Below are positions 1-12,572 of a stretch of 64,000 nt of DNA, piece by piece. Numbering within the stretch: the stretch's first letter is position 1; each line of letters opens with the position of its first letter. The stretch comes from Octopus vulgaris. Its lineage: Eukaryota. Both the position numbers and the translations under genes were made by a program. Location: the NCBI GenBank assembly GCA_951406725.2, contig OX597832.1, forward strand, positions 5,704,001 to 5,768,000, given 5' to 3'. Under the pieces are notes generated by a model. The model had not been told where the DNA came from. It ran no database searches and saw only the letters and a list, made by a program, of their open reading frames with translations.

Positions 1-211
1 TGAAATTGCAACAATTTCAAAAAACAGCAAAGATAAATTATGGTACATGTCTATCTTAGCTTATTAAGTGGATTGAACAAGCCAGTTTTATCTAGACTGA
101 AAACTACATGCTCTTCATCAATACTTCTGATGTTTTACATGTGAGTAGACATGCTTTAGGAAGTATGAAGAACAGTGAAACATTAGGTTTCAATGATGCT
201 TTGGGAGTAAT

Positions 212-587
212 CGTGGCACTCCATATGACAACAAGGGTTCCAGTTGATCCAATCAATGGAACAGCATGCTCATGAAATTAATGTGCAAGTGGCTGAGCAC
301 TCCACAGACACGTGTACCCTTAACATAGTTCTCAGGGAGATTCAGCATGACATAGAGTGTGACAAGGCCAGCCTTTTGAAATAAAGGTACAACAGAAAAA
401 GAAAGAAAGAGTGTGAGAAAGTTGTGGTGAAAGAATACAGCAGGGTTCTCCACCACCCTCTACCAGAGCCTCATGGAGCTTTAGGTATTTTCACTTAGTA
501 AACACTCACAAAACCAGTCTGGGAATCAAAATCACAATTCTATGACCACGAGTCCACTGCCCTAACCACTGGGTCATTGCGTCTCCA
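212..587 (-). mobile_element. tRNA-derived SINE family D
   Basis: Minus-strand head ..AATGACCCAGTGGTTAGGGCAG..TTTGATTCCC. A homologue in + orientation lies at 38229-38517; related heads at 14280-14370 and 21590-21700. Confidence 0.7.
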
Positions 588-1729
588 TGGTGGGAGTAAT
601 ACTTCAAGCTCAAAAAGTGAGTAATGTTACATGAATGTGTAAGCCTTAAAAATCCAACAAAATTGTCAGATTTTAAATTTTGAAATGTAATATACAGCAC
701 ATTAAGAGGAAAATAAATGTACTTCCATCATCAATGATCTTATGGAGAACAGATCTTCAAAAACTGTAGAAAAACTTCTTTAAAATGTTTCACAAATTTG
801 TTGAACTTTTGGTGGTTTTCACAAAGTATTTTCGAATATTTTGGTTTCATACGATATAAAAAATTTATTTAAAAAAGTTTTCCTGCTACTAATTTGTAAA
901 TCTGTTTTGAGACATGTATTTTAATTAAATACTCTTCCACATACTACTTAGTTTATTGTGAGGAATGAATGTTAAATGAGGACATTGAATAGTCACACTA
1001 ACATATTTGAGGTTCACAACAATACCAGTTAAGAATCCTTGCAATTTTCTTTTCTCTTTGTACAAATTATTGACCAAGTAAAGAAATATACAATATAAGT
1101 CAAAAAGAAAAGAGAGAGAGAGAGAAAGAAAAAGGAAGAAAAATAAATTAAGTCATAACCAAAAGTAGAGAAAAAAAATTTAAATGCACTATTTGTAAAA
1201 GGTTCCATGAACAAACTGACCTCATTGGACAAATCACAAAACAACAGACTCTGAAACAACTGTGGTTTCATGTGAAGGCCAAAGATCAAGAACATAAACA
1301 ATATGGGGTGAAATATCAAGCATGAAGATAATACTGATTTCATTATTTTTCAACAAACAAAATAAAACAAAAGCCTTTACATAAATTAAAATAATAACTG
1401 ATTGGTAAAATGTAAGGTTATATATATATATATCAAAGTGTGTATGAGTGTGTGTATGCATATGGATATGTAAATTTTTTCCTTCTACCAATATCTGTTT
1501 TATATTTAAATATAGAAAAATAATTCAGTTAAAGAAAACAAAAAGCATATGGGCTATCTGTTTTAGGTTAGACTATGGAGAATAGCAGGTTTGCCTTATT
1601 AGTCAATTTTCAATTTTCAATCAACAGTATATATATTTTAGCTATTATTAAAAAACTATTGGTATTATTTAAGTGAAAAATATTCATGTGTTCCAGTCAA
1701 AGAAGAACTTCATTGACAAATGAAGAAAA

Positions 1730-1751
1730 TCACAAATGGATACAGAATGAT
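1730..1751 (-). CDS. CIB: CIB exon 7, terminal (SFCIHL*)
   Basis: Polypyrimidine TTTTCCAG acceptor, phase 2, TGA at 1732-1730. Gives SPDFASSFCIHL versus human CIB1 SPDFASSFKIVL. Confidence 0.85.
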
Positions 1752-4700
1752 CTGGAAAATAAAAAGTAAGAAAAAATGAATTAATTTTCAATCATAAAAA
1801 CAAAAATCATACATAAAAGATAGCTAAATTGAAAAATAGAGAAAATTTTCTTTCTTCACATTGTATTTTTAGAAACAAAAGCATTATAGGATACAGGTTT
1901 CTTACAGGACAATCAGTGGTTGATTATATTTATAATAGCAAGAATGATAATTTCAACAGATTTTCATTTCAAACACCTGGTTTATCATATTCCTTGCTAT
2001 GTTCTTTCACAGAAATACACTCATAACAGATATACACATATAAGTTTTATTAAAACTTTGAGTCTAGTTAAATACATTTTGTTTCATTTGGAGAACGTGT
2101 CAGTTATTTGCAGAGCAAATATATAATGTGTCTACATACATACATACATATATTTGCACACATACTGACATAGAGCAGAAGGCATTCTGTCTGACACTCT
2201 AACAACAGGCATGTGGTTTAGAAGTTTATGTACCGATGATGTGGTTTTAGGTTTGGTCCTACCATGCAGTTGCTTTGAGCAAATATTTTTCGTAGCTCTG
2301 GGCCAACCTAAGCCTTGTGATTGGATTTGGTAGAAGCAAACTGAATACACATCGTTGATTGGTTGAAATTACCCAAATACAACAACTTTAACACGAAATA
2401 ACTTCTAAAATAGGAAATTTTGTCGAAAACGTTCAGAGTAAACCGTGTTCTATATGAGAAATTCTACCAGCATTTGAAGTTTCAAACTGTTTAGTTAAGA
2501 AAAATTAATTAAAAAATCTGTGATTGAGATGGAATAGATCCAAGAAATCCACCATATGTATATATGTGTGTGAGTGTGTTTGTGTTTCCTTGTTTTGAGA
2601 TCATGTGCTAGTTGTAAATGAATGTCAGTATCAGGCAAACAGTGTGTTGTTCACTTGTAGTCTTCTGTAAAAATGAAATCATGTCTAGCATTGAGCTATT
2701 ATACTGCTTGTGTTTAAAGGACTAGGGGAAATATTACTTGACATGAAAATAGGTGAGGGTGATAACAGGAAGACCATCTAGTTCTAAAAATCTGCTTCAA
2801 TGATTTTATCTGATCCATGCAAGCATAGAATTGTGGATGTTTAAAGAATGATGGTGATTAAATATATATGAGGAAATGTGTGGTTCGCAATCACATGTGA
2901 GCATATACCATTGACAAGGCCCAACAGGGCTGAAATGCATCTGGTGTTCTCACTAGCTGCCTCTGAGACAATTTCCATCTCCTTCTGACATATATCGTTT
3001 TAAAACATAACACGTCCACATGAGATGTTATCTCTGGACAAATACCACAATAAATTGCCTTTCAGTGATGTATTTACATTAAGTATAACACATAGATGAC
3101 TATTATAATTTAATACTGGTTCTTTTGTATACAATGGATTTTTATTCAGCTGGGTCACTATTTGCAATAACACTGACTGTTTATTCACTATTTTCCTACA
3201 TATTCGAGGTGGCTTTGAGTATATATCATTAAGAAGGCTCAATGAGGCTGAACTGTATCTGGCCACTGCTGGAATAATTTCTGTCCCTTCAAAATATACT
3301 GTGATTTTAAGCAAAGCACAACTGTAAGACATGCTACCTCTGAAAGAATACTGCAGAAAATTGCCCTTCAACAATGCATTTATATTAAGTATGACACAAA
3401 GATGGTTTTCATTACCATCTTCATTTAACATTCCTTTTTCCATGCTGGCATGGGTTGGACAGTTTGGCAAGAACAGATGAGGCAGAGGGCTCTACCAAGT
3501 TCTACGTCTGCTTTGGCATAATTTCTACAGCTGGATGTACACACACATTATGATAATTTTACTTGCATGCCTGCCTACAATATCATCGTCGTTTAATGTC
3601 CATTTTTCATGTTGGCATGGGTTGGATGGTTTGACAGAAACTGGCCGGCTATGGAACTGTCCAGACTTCAACTCAGAACCACGTGGACTTTTTGATCCAT
3701 CACAAATATTTTCCTTTTCTATTTCAACTATTTTTCTTTTGTCTGAAACTTCTTATTGGAACATGTATTTTAACAAGTTAAATGATCCTCAAGCCACTAC
3801 TTACTTCATTACAGGTAAATGAAGGTGCTTCTATGTGATTGCTCAACTTGCTAGAAATAAGAGGCAAAAGTTTTTTTTCAAACCATTCCACTGCATTAAA
3901 TATGGAAAAGATGCATTCATAAATATAGCCCCACATATTTTTAAAAGACAAGGCACGTAAAAAGCACCAACCGATCGTGGCCGTTGCTAGCCTCCCCTGG
4001 CACCTGTGCCGGTGGCACGTAAAAAGCACCTACTACACTCATAGAGTGATTGGCGTTAGGAAGGGCATCCAGCTGTAGAAACACAGCCAGATCAGACTGG
4101 AGCCTGGTGCAGCCTCCTGGCTTCCCAGACCCTGGTCGAACCGTCCAACCCATGCTAGCATACAAAACAGACGTTAAACGATAATGATGATGATGAAGAT
4201 GGTCATGTGTGGAATACACTTTCATCAATGATGGAAATGACAGGGTATGCATGAGTACAGTGTTGCTCTGCTTTTCAGCTAACAGAGAGGGGTGGGTTTT
4301 TAAGTGTCTAGCCCAACTTTCCCAACCTCAGCTTCTTGAACCTTAGGGTAGACCAAGTTCCTAATACCTGCTTCCATCACTGTTTTTAATCATAGGACTG
4401 TTTCAACAAAGTTGACCTGGGGTTAAACAGCAACTTTTTTATGAAGTGAGACAAGCTCTTGTTTTCACTTTTAGTTAGTGTGAAGTAGAGTTCATTCTTA
4501 AACATTTTGTAATCAGGAATGATTTTCAAAAACTAAATAGATTCTGTTTGTCTAAATACCCTGAGATCTACCAGACACAGGTATTATCAGGAATACTGCC
4601 TACAGAAAAAGCATTCATGACAATATACTTGAATATGGTGAATATGTGAGATTGGTTAGAATTCAAACATTGAATCCAAAAGAATAGATCATAAGGTATG

Positions 4701-4825
4701 GAAAATGCCAATGATCATGTTAAAAATATTCAAAACCATGGGGTGCAGTGTGTCTTCAATAAAATTTCACATGTAGTCTGTTTAAAATGGTAATCATAAA
4801 AAGAAAGATGTTAGTATAAACATAC

Positions 4826-4914
4826 GATGCAAAATCTGGTGATTTTGAGAGGACATGTTCAAATTCTTGGAAGGACAAACAGTCATCATTATCTAAGTCG
4901 GCTTCTTCCATAAT
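4826..4914 (-). CDS. CIB: CIB exon 6 ([30 protein letters not shown]), EF-hand 4
   Basis: Lies inside ORF 4756..4977. CAG acceptor, 89 nt, GTATG donor, EF-hand loop [12 protein letters not shown]. Confidence 0.93.
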
Positions 4915-7419
4915 CTGCAGAGAAAAATGAAATGGTATAGAGATGTTAAATTTGACAAACAAAAGATATAAATACAATTTATTTCAAAGAAATAATACTA
5001 TATATTCATTTTGCATTGCATCATTATATAATGGCTTCCAGTTTAGGCATAAAACCCGAAATCTTGAGAGGAGTGGACTAACTGGTATCATCAACCCCAG
5101 TGCTTGAATGACACTGTACTTTATCGACCCTGCAAGCATTAAAGACATATTGTTGACTTTGGTGGGATTTGAACTCAAAATGTAAAGAGCTGGAAGAAAT
5201 GTTGCTAAGTATTTTGTCTGATGCTCTAACGATTCTGCCAAGTAGCTACCTTTTGTATAATTATGTAATGAAAATACATTGAATTAAACTGATGGCATAT
5301 AAGAATTAACAGTACCTTGTGATTTGAAAGTATTCATTCTCAATATTACTAAAACTGAGCTAAGTCTTTATTAATTCATTGTTTTTTGTTTTTTTCACTT
5401 ATCTAATATTTTAATAATCACTGTTTCACAAAATTATTCAATTTGATCATCTTTCTAAGACAGCTTGGTTATATCATCTCTAACATTACTGATAATCTTA
5501 TTCGCATATATATATACATACATACATACATACATATATATATACATTACCAGCATTGCCTTACTGGCACTTGTGCTGGTGGCATGTGAAAAAACATTCA
5601 AGCGAGGTCGTTGCCAGTGCTTCTGGACTGGTTCCTGTGCAGGTGGCACATAAAAAGCACCATTTGAGCGTGGCCGTTGCCAGTACTTCCTGACTGGCCC
5701 TCGTGCCGGTGGCACGTAAAAGCACCCACTACACTCTCAGAGTGGTTAATGTTAGGAACTCTGCCAGATCAGATTGGAGTCTTGTGCAGCCATCTGGTTT
5801 GCCAGACCTCAGTCAAATCGTCCAATCCATGCTAGCATGGAAAGTGGACGTTAAACGATGATGATGATGATGATATATATATATATCATCAACATCATCA
5901 TCATCATTTTAATGTTCACTCTTCCATGCTTGCACGGGTTGGATGGAATTAGATTTTCTATAGCTAGAAGCTGTTCCTGTCACCAACTCTCATCTGTTTC
6001 TAAGCAAGGTAATATTTATCCATGGCCAGATATGTTCTTGCAGTATATTGGAAATGAATGATACTGCTGGTACGACAGTGACATGCATTTGCAACTCTCA
6101 TATAATATCAGAACAAACACACACACACACACACACATACGCATGTATATATATAATGATTCTCTTTCAGTTTCTGTCAACTAAATCCACACAAAAGACT
6201 TAGGTTGGCCCAGGGATAAAGAAGACATTTATCCAAGGTGCCACACAGTGCAACAGAATCCAGAATCACGTGGTTGGGAAGCAAACTTCTTACCACACAG
6301 CCAAGCCTTGCTAGTTTCATTCACTAGTTAATCCAAACATGAAGAAGCAAGAAAAAACAACAACGCGAGGACGTGGAATATGTACAGTGTTATTCGACGC
6401 TCAGGAAAGGAAAGAAAAGAAAGAGGATTTCATGTTTCGAGTGGAGCTCTTCGTTAGAAATATAGAAAAAGTCCAAAGAAGGGAAGACGGAGAAGGAGAA
6501 AATCGCCAACGATACACACGAGGTCAGATATATATATATATGTATGTATGTATGTATATATATATATATTTCTTTACTAACCACAAGGGGCTAAACACAG
6601 AGAGGACAAACAAGGACAGACAAGTGTGTAACTGGTACTTAATTAATCGATTCCGAAAGGATGAAAGGCAAAGTCGACCTCGGCGGAATTTGAACCCAGA
6701 ACGTAACTGCAGACGAAATATGGCTACGCATTTCGCCCGGCGTGCTAACGTTTCTGCCAGTTTGCCGCCTATATGTATATAAATAAATATATATATATAC
6801 ACACACACATGTACACACATATGTGAGAGCAAGTGACTTCATGTGTAGCTCCTTATACATATTAAGTTTCTTCCTTAAGTACAAAGTCAAACAATCACTA
6901 CTCTATGTATTTAAACTAACCCTCATTCATCAATACTATAACAGAGTGTATCATGATATAGCATGATATCAAGCAGAAACCTTCAGAATGAAAGAAAATA
7001 AAACAGCATGTAACTTTTCCCATATCCAGGTTTAACACTAGCTAGCTACAGTGACATGATAATAAATTAGAGTAGTTTCCCTTTGCCTGTCTAAGTAGCA
7101 TAAGTCTTAATATTTTTAAAGTAGGAAGATTTTGAAGTATAGTGTCTTCCTTATCAATGCTAATAATTCAGAAGTCTATGGAGAATTTCAAGCCAGTGTT
7201 GCACACTAACAAGACTCTCATTAATATTATCTTCCCAATGGTATCTAATTATAGCTGGGTAAATAAGCCAGCAAAAATTAAATATCTTTACCAAGGAGAG
7301 AGTGCAGAATGGATGACAGAGGATACAAAATATTACCTTTTATTTATAATCACTTTGATTAACAGAATATCAAAACAAGGGGTGGGGGTGGAGGAGAAAT
7401 AGGTAACACACAGCAACTA

Positions 7420-8407
7420 CAAGAGTGGGCTGAAAATTTCATAGGCTGACAATGAAGGAGTGGTACTAGAGCTGTGAAATCTTACATGTAATTTCAAATG
7501 TTCTTATAAGTTACTGTATTGTTTCTTTCAAGCTAAACTAATATCTGACTGTTCAGAGAAGACATCAAAAATAACTAGTAGTGACTTCTTCTTGAAATGG
7601 ACAAAATTTGATGTTGTGGCGTTATCAAGTACCTGCAGAAAAAGAGTTTAGCCTCCAAGGACTTTCATGCTAACATGGTTGCTACATTAGGGAATGACAC
7701 TCAAGCTTTATCGACAGTGCAAAAGTGGGCAGTTGAATTTAGAAGTGGAAGGGAGAGTCTTGAAGATGACCCAAAATCTGGACGTCCTGCAACTGCCACC
7801 ATTGAGGAAAACATTGACTGTGTTCACCACATAGTGAGGGATGACTGACGACTGACTATAAATCAAATAGTCCAATGTTATTAGCATATCTCATGACAGT
7901 TGAGAATATTCTGCACAATGAACTTGGCATGGAGCAGGTTTCTGCTTGGTGGGTGCCATGTCTTCTGATACCTGATCAAAAGAGTATCAGGCTGAACACA
8001 TCATGGAAAAATCAACCTTGTTTGTGGCATATCCAACTGGTTTCCTTGAATGTTTCCTAGCCTAAGATGAGTGTTGGCTTCATCACTTTGAGCCAGAAAA
8101 AAAAAAAGAAACAATCTATGCAGTGGAAACATCTCTCCTCACCTGCTCCACAAAGGCCAATGTCGTTTCATCTGCAGGGAAGGTGGTGGCCTCAGTTTTT
8201 AGGATGCAAAAGGTACTGTGGTTATTGACTAACTTCAAAAGGGTCATACCATCAATGGAAAGTACTAAGCCAACTTACTGAGACAGTTACAAAAACTTGG
8301 ATCCAAGCACTGCAACACTGATGGAAGAAGTGTGTGGACTGCAAGGGGGACTATGTTGAAAAATAAACCTCATTTGGTCAGCTGATGAACGTTTCAGTCG
8401 ACCTTCA
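7420..8407 (+). mobile_element. Decayed mariner (Tc1/mariner) transposon
   Basis: Imperfect TIRs (CTGAAAATTTCATAGGCTGAC / GTCAGCTGATGAACGTTTCAG) with TA upstream. Disrupted transposase: QKWAVEFRSGRESLEDDPKSGRP, VSAWWVP. Confidence 0.85.
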
Positions 8408-8649
8408 TTCATAGTGTAGAAACTGTACAGAATTATAAGAGTGTCAGACAAAACACCTTATAGTATTTAGCTATGGTTCATTATGTTTAAGTTCAAATCC
8501 AGTGGAAGTCAACTCTGACTTTGATTCATCCATGGTCAATGAAATAAAGTACTAATCAAGTAAAGGGGTGGGGGTGCAATTTGACTAACTCTCACCCACC
8601 AAATTTGTGGCCTATATTAGAAATAATTATTATCATCAGTAATAGTAAT

Positions 8650-9330
8650 GATTTCTTTTACTTGTCACAAGGGCGTCAGCTGAAGATAACATTATGAAGA
8701 CAGATTACAATGGATTTTCATGAAATCGGGAAAGGTGGAAAAAGAGAAAAAAAGAAATGCGCTGAAAGGTAGGTAGGTATGTATGCATGCATGCATGCAT
8801 ACATACATACATACATATACATACATACATATATATCAATGATACAGTTCACCTGATAGTAGAGAGTCCAAGGAACCCCACATGTCCAAGATCACTCAGA
8901 CCACCAAGGCCATGTGTCCTCCCTCAACTGCTGTTCTCTTATCTATAAGTGCATAATTAGGGTAGTTCTATACATTCAAACCATTTTTGTCACATTTGCC
9001 CACCTTTTGACACATTTGCTGGAGGAGAATACTTCTCTCTCTATTTACACTTTCCTTTCCAAGTGGAATTTGAAAAAAGGCAACAAGAACTTGATCAAAG
9101 TGGAAGGTGTTTCTCTTCAATGCTTTTAAACAATCTCTTTCACCGTAGACACAAGACAGAGGAAAACTATTTGCTTGGCTCTGTTAAAGAGAGTAGTGAG
9201 GCAGTCTTCACAATTGACTTGGTTGATAGCCAGATCCATCTTACATGCAACAACAGCTGTTTGACATAGCTCCACAATTCAGCAATGCTTTGGAACCACT
9301 GCACATGTATAGTTCAATTGCTATGCTCAT
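8650..9330 (-). mobile_element. Decayed L1/Tx1-like LINE 3' fragment
   Basis: Minus-strand remnants SIAELWSYVKQLL and FKFHLERKV*IEREV..KRW resemble Tx1-type ORF2 C-termini. Related tails occur near 49650-50150 and 59360-59600. Confidence 0.45.
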
Positions 9331-9591
9331 GTGGGTGGGCCAGAATTTGCTGAGGCAGGTTTTCTGTGGCTGGATCCGGTTCTGTCACTGACCATCAACT
9401 ATTTCCATGTAAGGAAATATTTCATCATGGCCAGATATATCTTGGAAGACTGGAAATAACAGCAAGCAGGCAGAAATGAAAAGACACCACTTGCATTAAA
9501 GTGACACTTGCTTACAACTATCAAGTGATGTCATGGCAAGGAGACAGTAACACACACACAATGGGTTTCTTTCAGTTTTCATCTACTAAAT

Positions 9592-12537
9592 AAGATAGAT
9601 ACCAGCTGGTCTGAGTGCTCTCTACCCACAATAACTAAAAAAACTACAGCAACTCAGGGAAACTAAGCCAGAACAACCTGCCATCCTCTACACACCATCA
9701 TAAACTGCGAGCAGGGTACAAATTGTTGTCCTTAAATGCTCGCAGTTTATGCAACAAAATACATTTGTTCAACGCCTACGTCAGAAGTGTTGACCCTGAC
9801 TTCATCACTGTCACGGAAACATGGGCGCATTCCTTACTCTGTGATGGGGTTTTCAACATTACGGGGTACAACCTCTTCCGTAAGGACCGCACTAACCGCC
9901 GTGGTGGTGGTGTGATGGTCTACGTTCGTTCAAATTTTTTGGTAATTCCTTGTGCCGATTTGAACGAATCACAAGAAGAAGTTTTTTTCTGTGACGTGCG
10001 TATGACCATGTCAACACTCCTGCTTGGCGTTGTTTATCGTCCCCCAAGTTACCATCGGGACACACAGCTTTGCAATGTCCTCCGAGCTGCTGCCAGGAAA
10101 ACAGCCACTTATGTGTTTATTGCAGGCGATTTCAATCATCCTGAGATCGATTGGGAGACCTTCCATTGGCCACAGAGTGCAAACGATTTTGTTGAGCTTG
10201 TGCTGGACTCAAACTGGTCACAAGTAGTCACCTCTCCAACAAGAGGCGACAACACCTTGGACCTGCTCTTCACCACAACTCCTGAAGCGGTTATCAATTG
10301 CACTACGGAGGAACCTCTAGGTGACTCTGATCATGCTATGATCATCGCCAATCTGGCTCTTGCGGGCAACAAAAACCTGAACCATCTCCAATCTGCTTCC
10401 TTCGATTGGAAGAGAGCAGATTGGAACCTGTACCACACTGAACTACAGCACCCAAACTGGCGTGAATTCTACAACTCTGGAGATGTGAATACTATACTCC
10501 AGAGTATCCTGGACTCAATATGGGCAGCATGTGCAGCATCAGTGCCACGTAAACAAAAAAAGAAGAACCGCCCCAAAAGGGCAATTTGGGAAACTTCAGC
10601 GGTCCGACTTGCCAGGAGGGAACGTCGGACTGCTGAACGGGAATACAGGTTGCATAAATCAGACACCAACAGGAAGAAGCGGAATAAATCCTCCAACCAT
10701 CTCAAGCAAGTGACAAAAAAAGCAGTGCTTGAATTTGAACAGTGCATAGCAGCCAATCCTGACAGCAAGGTTTTCTGGAAATATGTGCACTCAAAGCAGA
10801 GACCTCACTCTCCAGTGGGCCCTCTTCGCAACCCTCACACAAACCAGATCACTGACGACCCCAAGGAATGCGCAGAACTCATTGCCGAGTGCTATGCAAA
10901 CATATTCACTGTTGAAAGTCAAAATGTACCATCTTCACCATCACTAACAGCAAACTCCATAACAACTATGGAATTTACACCTGCAATGCTGCGACGTCAC
11001 CTTCAAAATAAGCGCAACTATGCCTCCCCTGGTCTCGATGGAGTTACATACCTGCTTCTCAAACGTGGCAGGCACTTCCTTTTACACCAGCTTTCTATTT
11101 TCTTCCAGTACTGTCTCAACAATGGTGCTACTCCGGAGCAGTGGAAAACTGCCAGTGTCATTCCTCTGTTCAAAAAGGGCGACCGCACATCACCTGTCAA
11201 CTATCGCCCAGTCAGTCTCACTAGCTGTATTGCAAAACTGATGGAATCGTGTGTCAGAGAAACACTCTGGAACTTCTGGAGCTCTCACAGTCTCATCCGA
11301 CCCTCACAATATGGATTTGTCCCTAACTCCAGCTGCAGTGACCAGCTTGTCGAGTTCCTTGAGGACATTACTCAGATTACTGACAGTGGCTCATGGGTGG
11401 ATGTTGTCTACCTTGACTTTGCTAAGGCTTTCAACTCTGTGCCACACAAAAGGCTTATGGTGAAACTCTCTGCAATGGGTGTGGGGGATGACCTTTTTAA
11501 CTGGTTGAAATCCTTCATCCTCAGCCGAAAGGAGGTAGTCACAGTTCTAGGACAGCACTCTACACCATATGAGATGTCATCGGGTGTACCACAGGGATCT
11601 GTCCTTGGCCCCCTCTTGTTTGTGGCATACATTAACGACATAGATGCCAATTTGGAGAATGCCACAGTATTGAAATATGCAGACGACATCAAGCTGTACC
11701 TTGAAATCAAGAGGACAGATCCTGATGTCTACAACTCTTTCCTGCAATCAGACCTAGACACAATGCAGCAATGGATCACAGACTGGCAACTGAAACTGGC
11801 TGTGGACAAGTGTACCACCATGCATTTTGGGAGAAAAAACCCTGCGTTCACATACTCCCTCCACAACACTGATATCAAGAAATCCTCTTGCGAGCGTGAC
11901 CTAGGCATCACTGTCAGCAGTGATTTGCGTTGGTCAAAGCATATCTCTAAGATTGTCAGGAAGGCCGAGGGTGTCTTGGCATCACTCAGCAGGTCTTTTG
12001 TTAGCCGCTCTCCAGCCATCTATTTAAAACTGTATACAGCTATGGTACGACCACACTTGGAATTCGCATCATCAGTTTGGAACCCCTATCTTGCACAGAA
12101 CATTGACCTCCTGGAATCTGTCCAGAGACGTGCAACCAAACGCATACCCTCCATCAGACACCTACCATATTCTGAGCGCCTTGTTTCCCTGGGCATGGAT
12201 TCACTGAAGCTCCGGCGTTTGGCGACGGACTTGGTAAACACCCACAAAGTTATCAACCACCTCACCAACAACAACACTGAACACCTTTTTGATCTCCATG
12301 TGTCTAACACACGTGGACATGCCTACAAAGTCAGAAAACAATGCAGCTCCCATGACTTTCGGAAACATTTTTTCACGCTCAGAGTTGCTGAAGCATGGAA
12401 TAAACTGCCTGCGTCAGTTGTTGACTGCCATGACACTGCATCTTTTAAGGCCCTCATGCTTTCCGAAATCCGCCGAAACTTCACCTGATTATATATACAC
12501 TTTAGATGAGTTGTAGTGCACCTGAGCACTGTACACA

Positions 12538-12570
<33 letters not shown>
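9592..12570 (+). mobile_element. 5'-truncated CR1-clade LINE, antisense in CIB intron 5
   Basis: Short ORF1 tail, full APE-RT ORF2, short 3'UTR with a stem-loop (GTGC-ACCTGA-GCAC) and an (ATT)n tail. It splits a SINE (..CTACTAAAT | AAAATTTACCCACAAG..). Confidence 0.9.
9723..12488 (+). CDS. LINE ORF2: AP endonuclease + reverse transcriptase (921 aa, uninterrupted)
   Basis: APE motifs LNARS, TETW, GDFNHP, SDH. RT motifs NYRPVSLTS, LDFAKAF, GVPQGSVLGP, YADD. CR1-type C-terminus (LESVQRRATK, TRGH, WNKLP). The track start is TTG; the frame is open from 9639. Confidence 0.95.
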   Translation: MLSLNARSLCNKIHLFNAYVRSVDPDFITVTETWAHSLLCDGVFNITGYNLFRKDRTNRRGGGVMVYVRSNFLVIPCADLNESQEEVFFCDVRMTMSTLLLGVVYRPPSYHRDTQLCNVLRAAARKTATYVFIAGDFNHPEIDWETFHWPQSANDFVELVLDSNWSQVVTSPTRGDNTLDLLFTTTPEAVINCTTEEPLGDSDHAMIIANLALAGNKNLNHLQSASFDWKRADWNLYHTELQHPNWREFYNSGDVNTILQSILDSIWAACAASVPRKQKKKNRPKRAIWETSAVRLARRERRTAEREYRLHKSDTNRKKRNKSSNHLKQVTKKAVLEFEQCIAANPDSKVFWKYVHSKQRPHSPVGPLRNPHTNQITDDPKECAELIAECYANIFTVESQNVPSSPSLTANSITTMEFTPAMLRRHLQNKRNYASPGLDGVTYLLLKRGRHFLLHQLSIFFQYCLNNGATPEQWKTASVIPLFKKGDRTSPVNYRPVSLTSCIAKLMESCVRETLWNFWSSHSLIRPSQYGFVPNSSCSDQLVEFLEDITQITDSGSWVDVVYLDFAKAFNSVPHKRLMVKLSAMGVGDDLFNWLKSFILSRKEVVTVLGQHSTPYEMSSGVPQGSVLGPLLFVAYINDIDANLENATVLKYADDIKLYLEIKRTDPDVYNSFLQSDLDTMQQWITDWQLKLAVDKCTTMHFGRKNPAFTYSLHNTDIKKSSCERDLGITVSSDLRWSKHISKIVRKAEGVLASLSRSFVSRSPAIYLKLYTAMVRPHLEFASSVWNPYLAQNIDLLESVQRRATKRIPSIRHLPYSERLVSLGMDSLKLRRLATDLVNTHKVINHLTNNNTEHLFDLHVSNTRGHAYKVRKQCSSHDFRKHFFTLRVAEAWNKLPASVVDCHDTASFKALMLSEIRRNFT

Positions 12571-12572
<2 letters not shown>

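Noticed and set aside
864-957. CIB polyadenylation signals (AATAAA on minus at 869-864 and 957-952)
   Set aside because: The hexamer is common in AT-rich DNA and cannot be assigned without transcript data.
10024-12538. Short antisense and alternate-frame ORFs within the LINE
   Set aside because: They are shadow ORFs of a GC-richer coding region.
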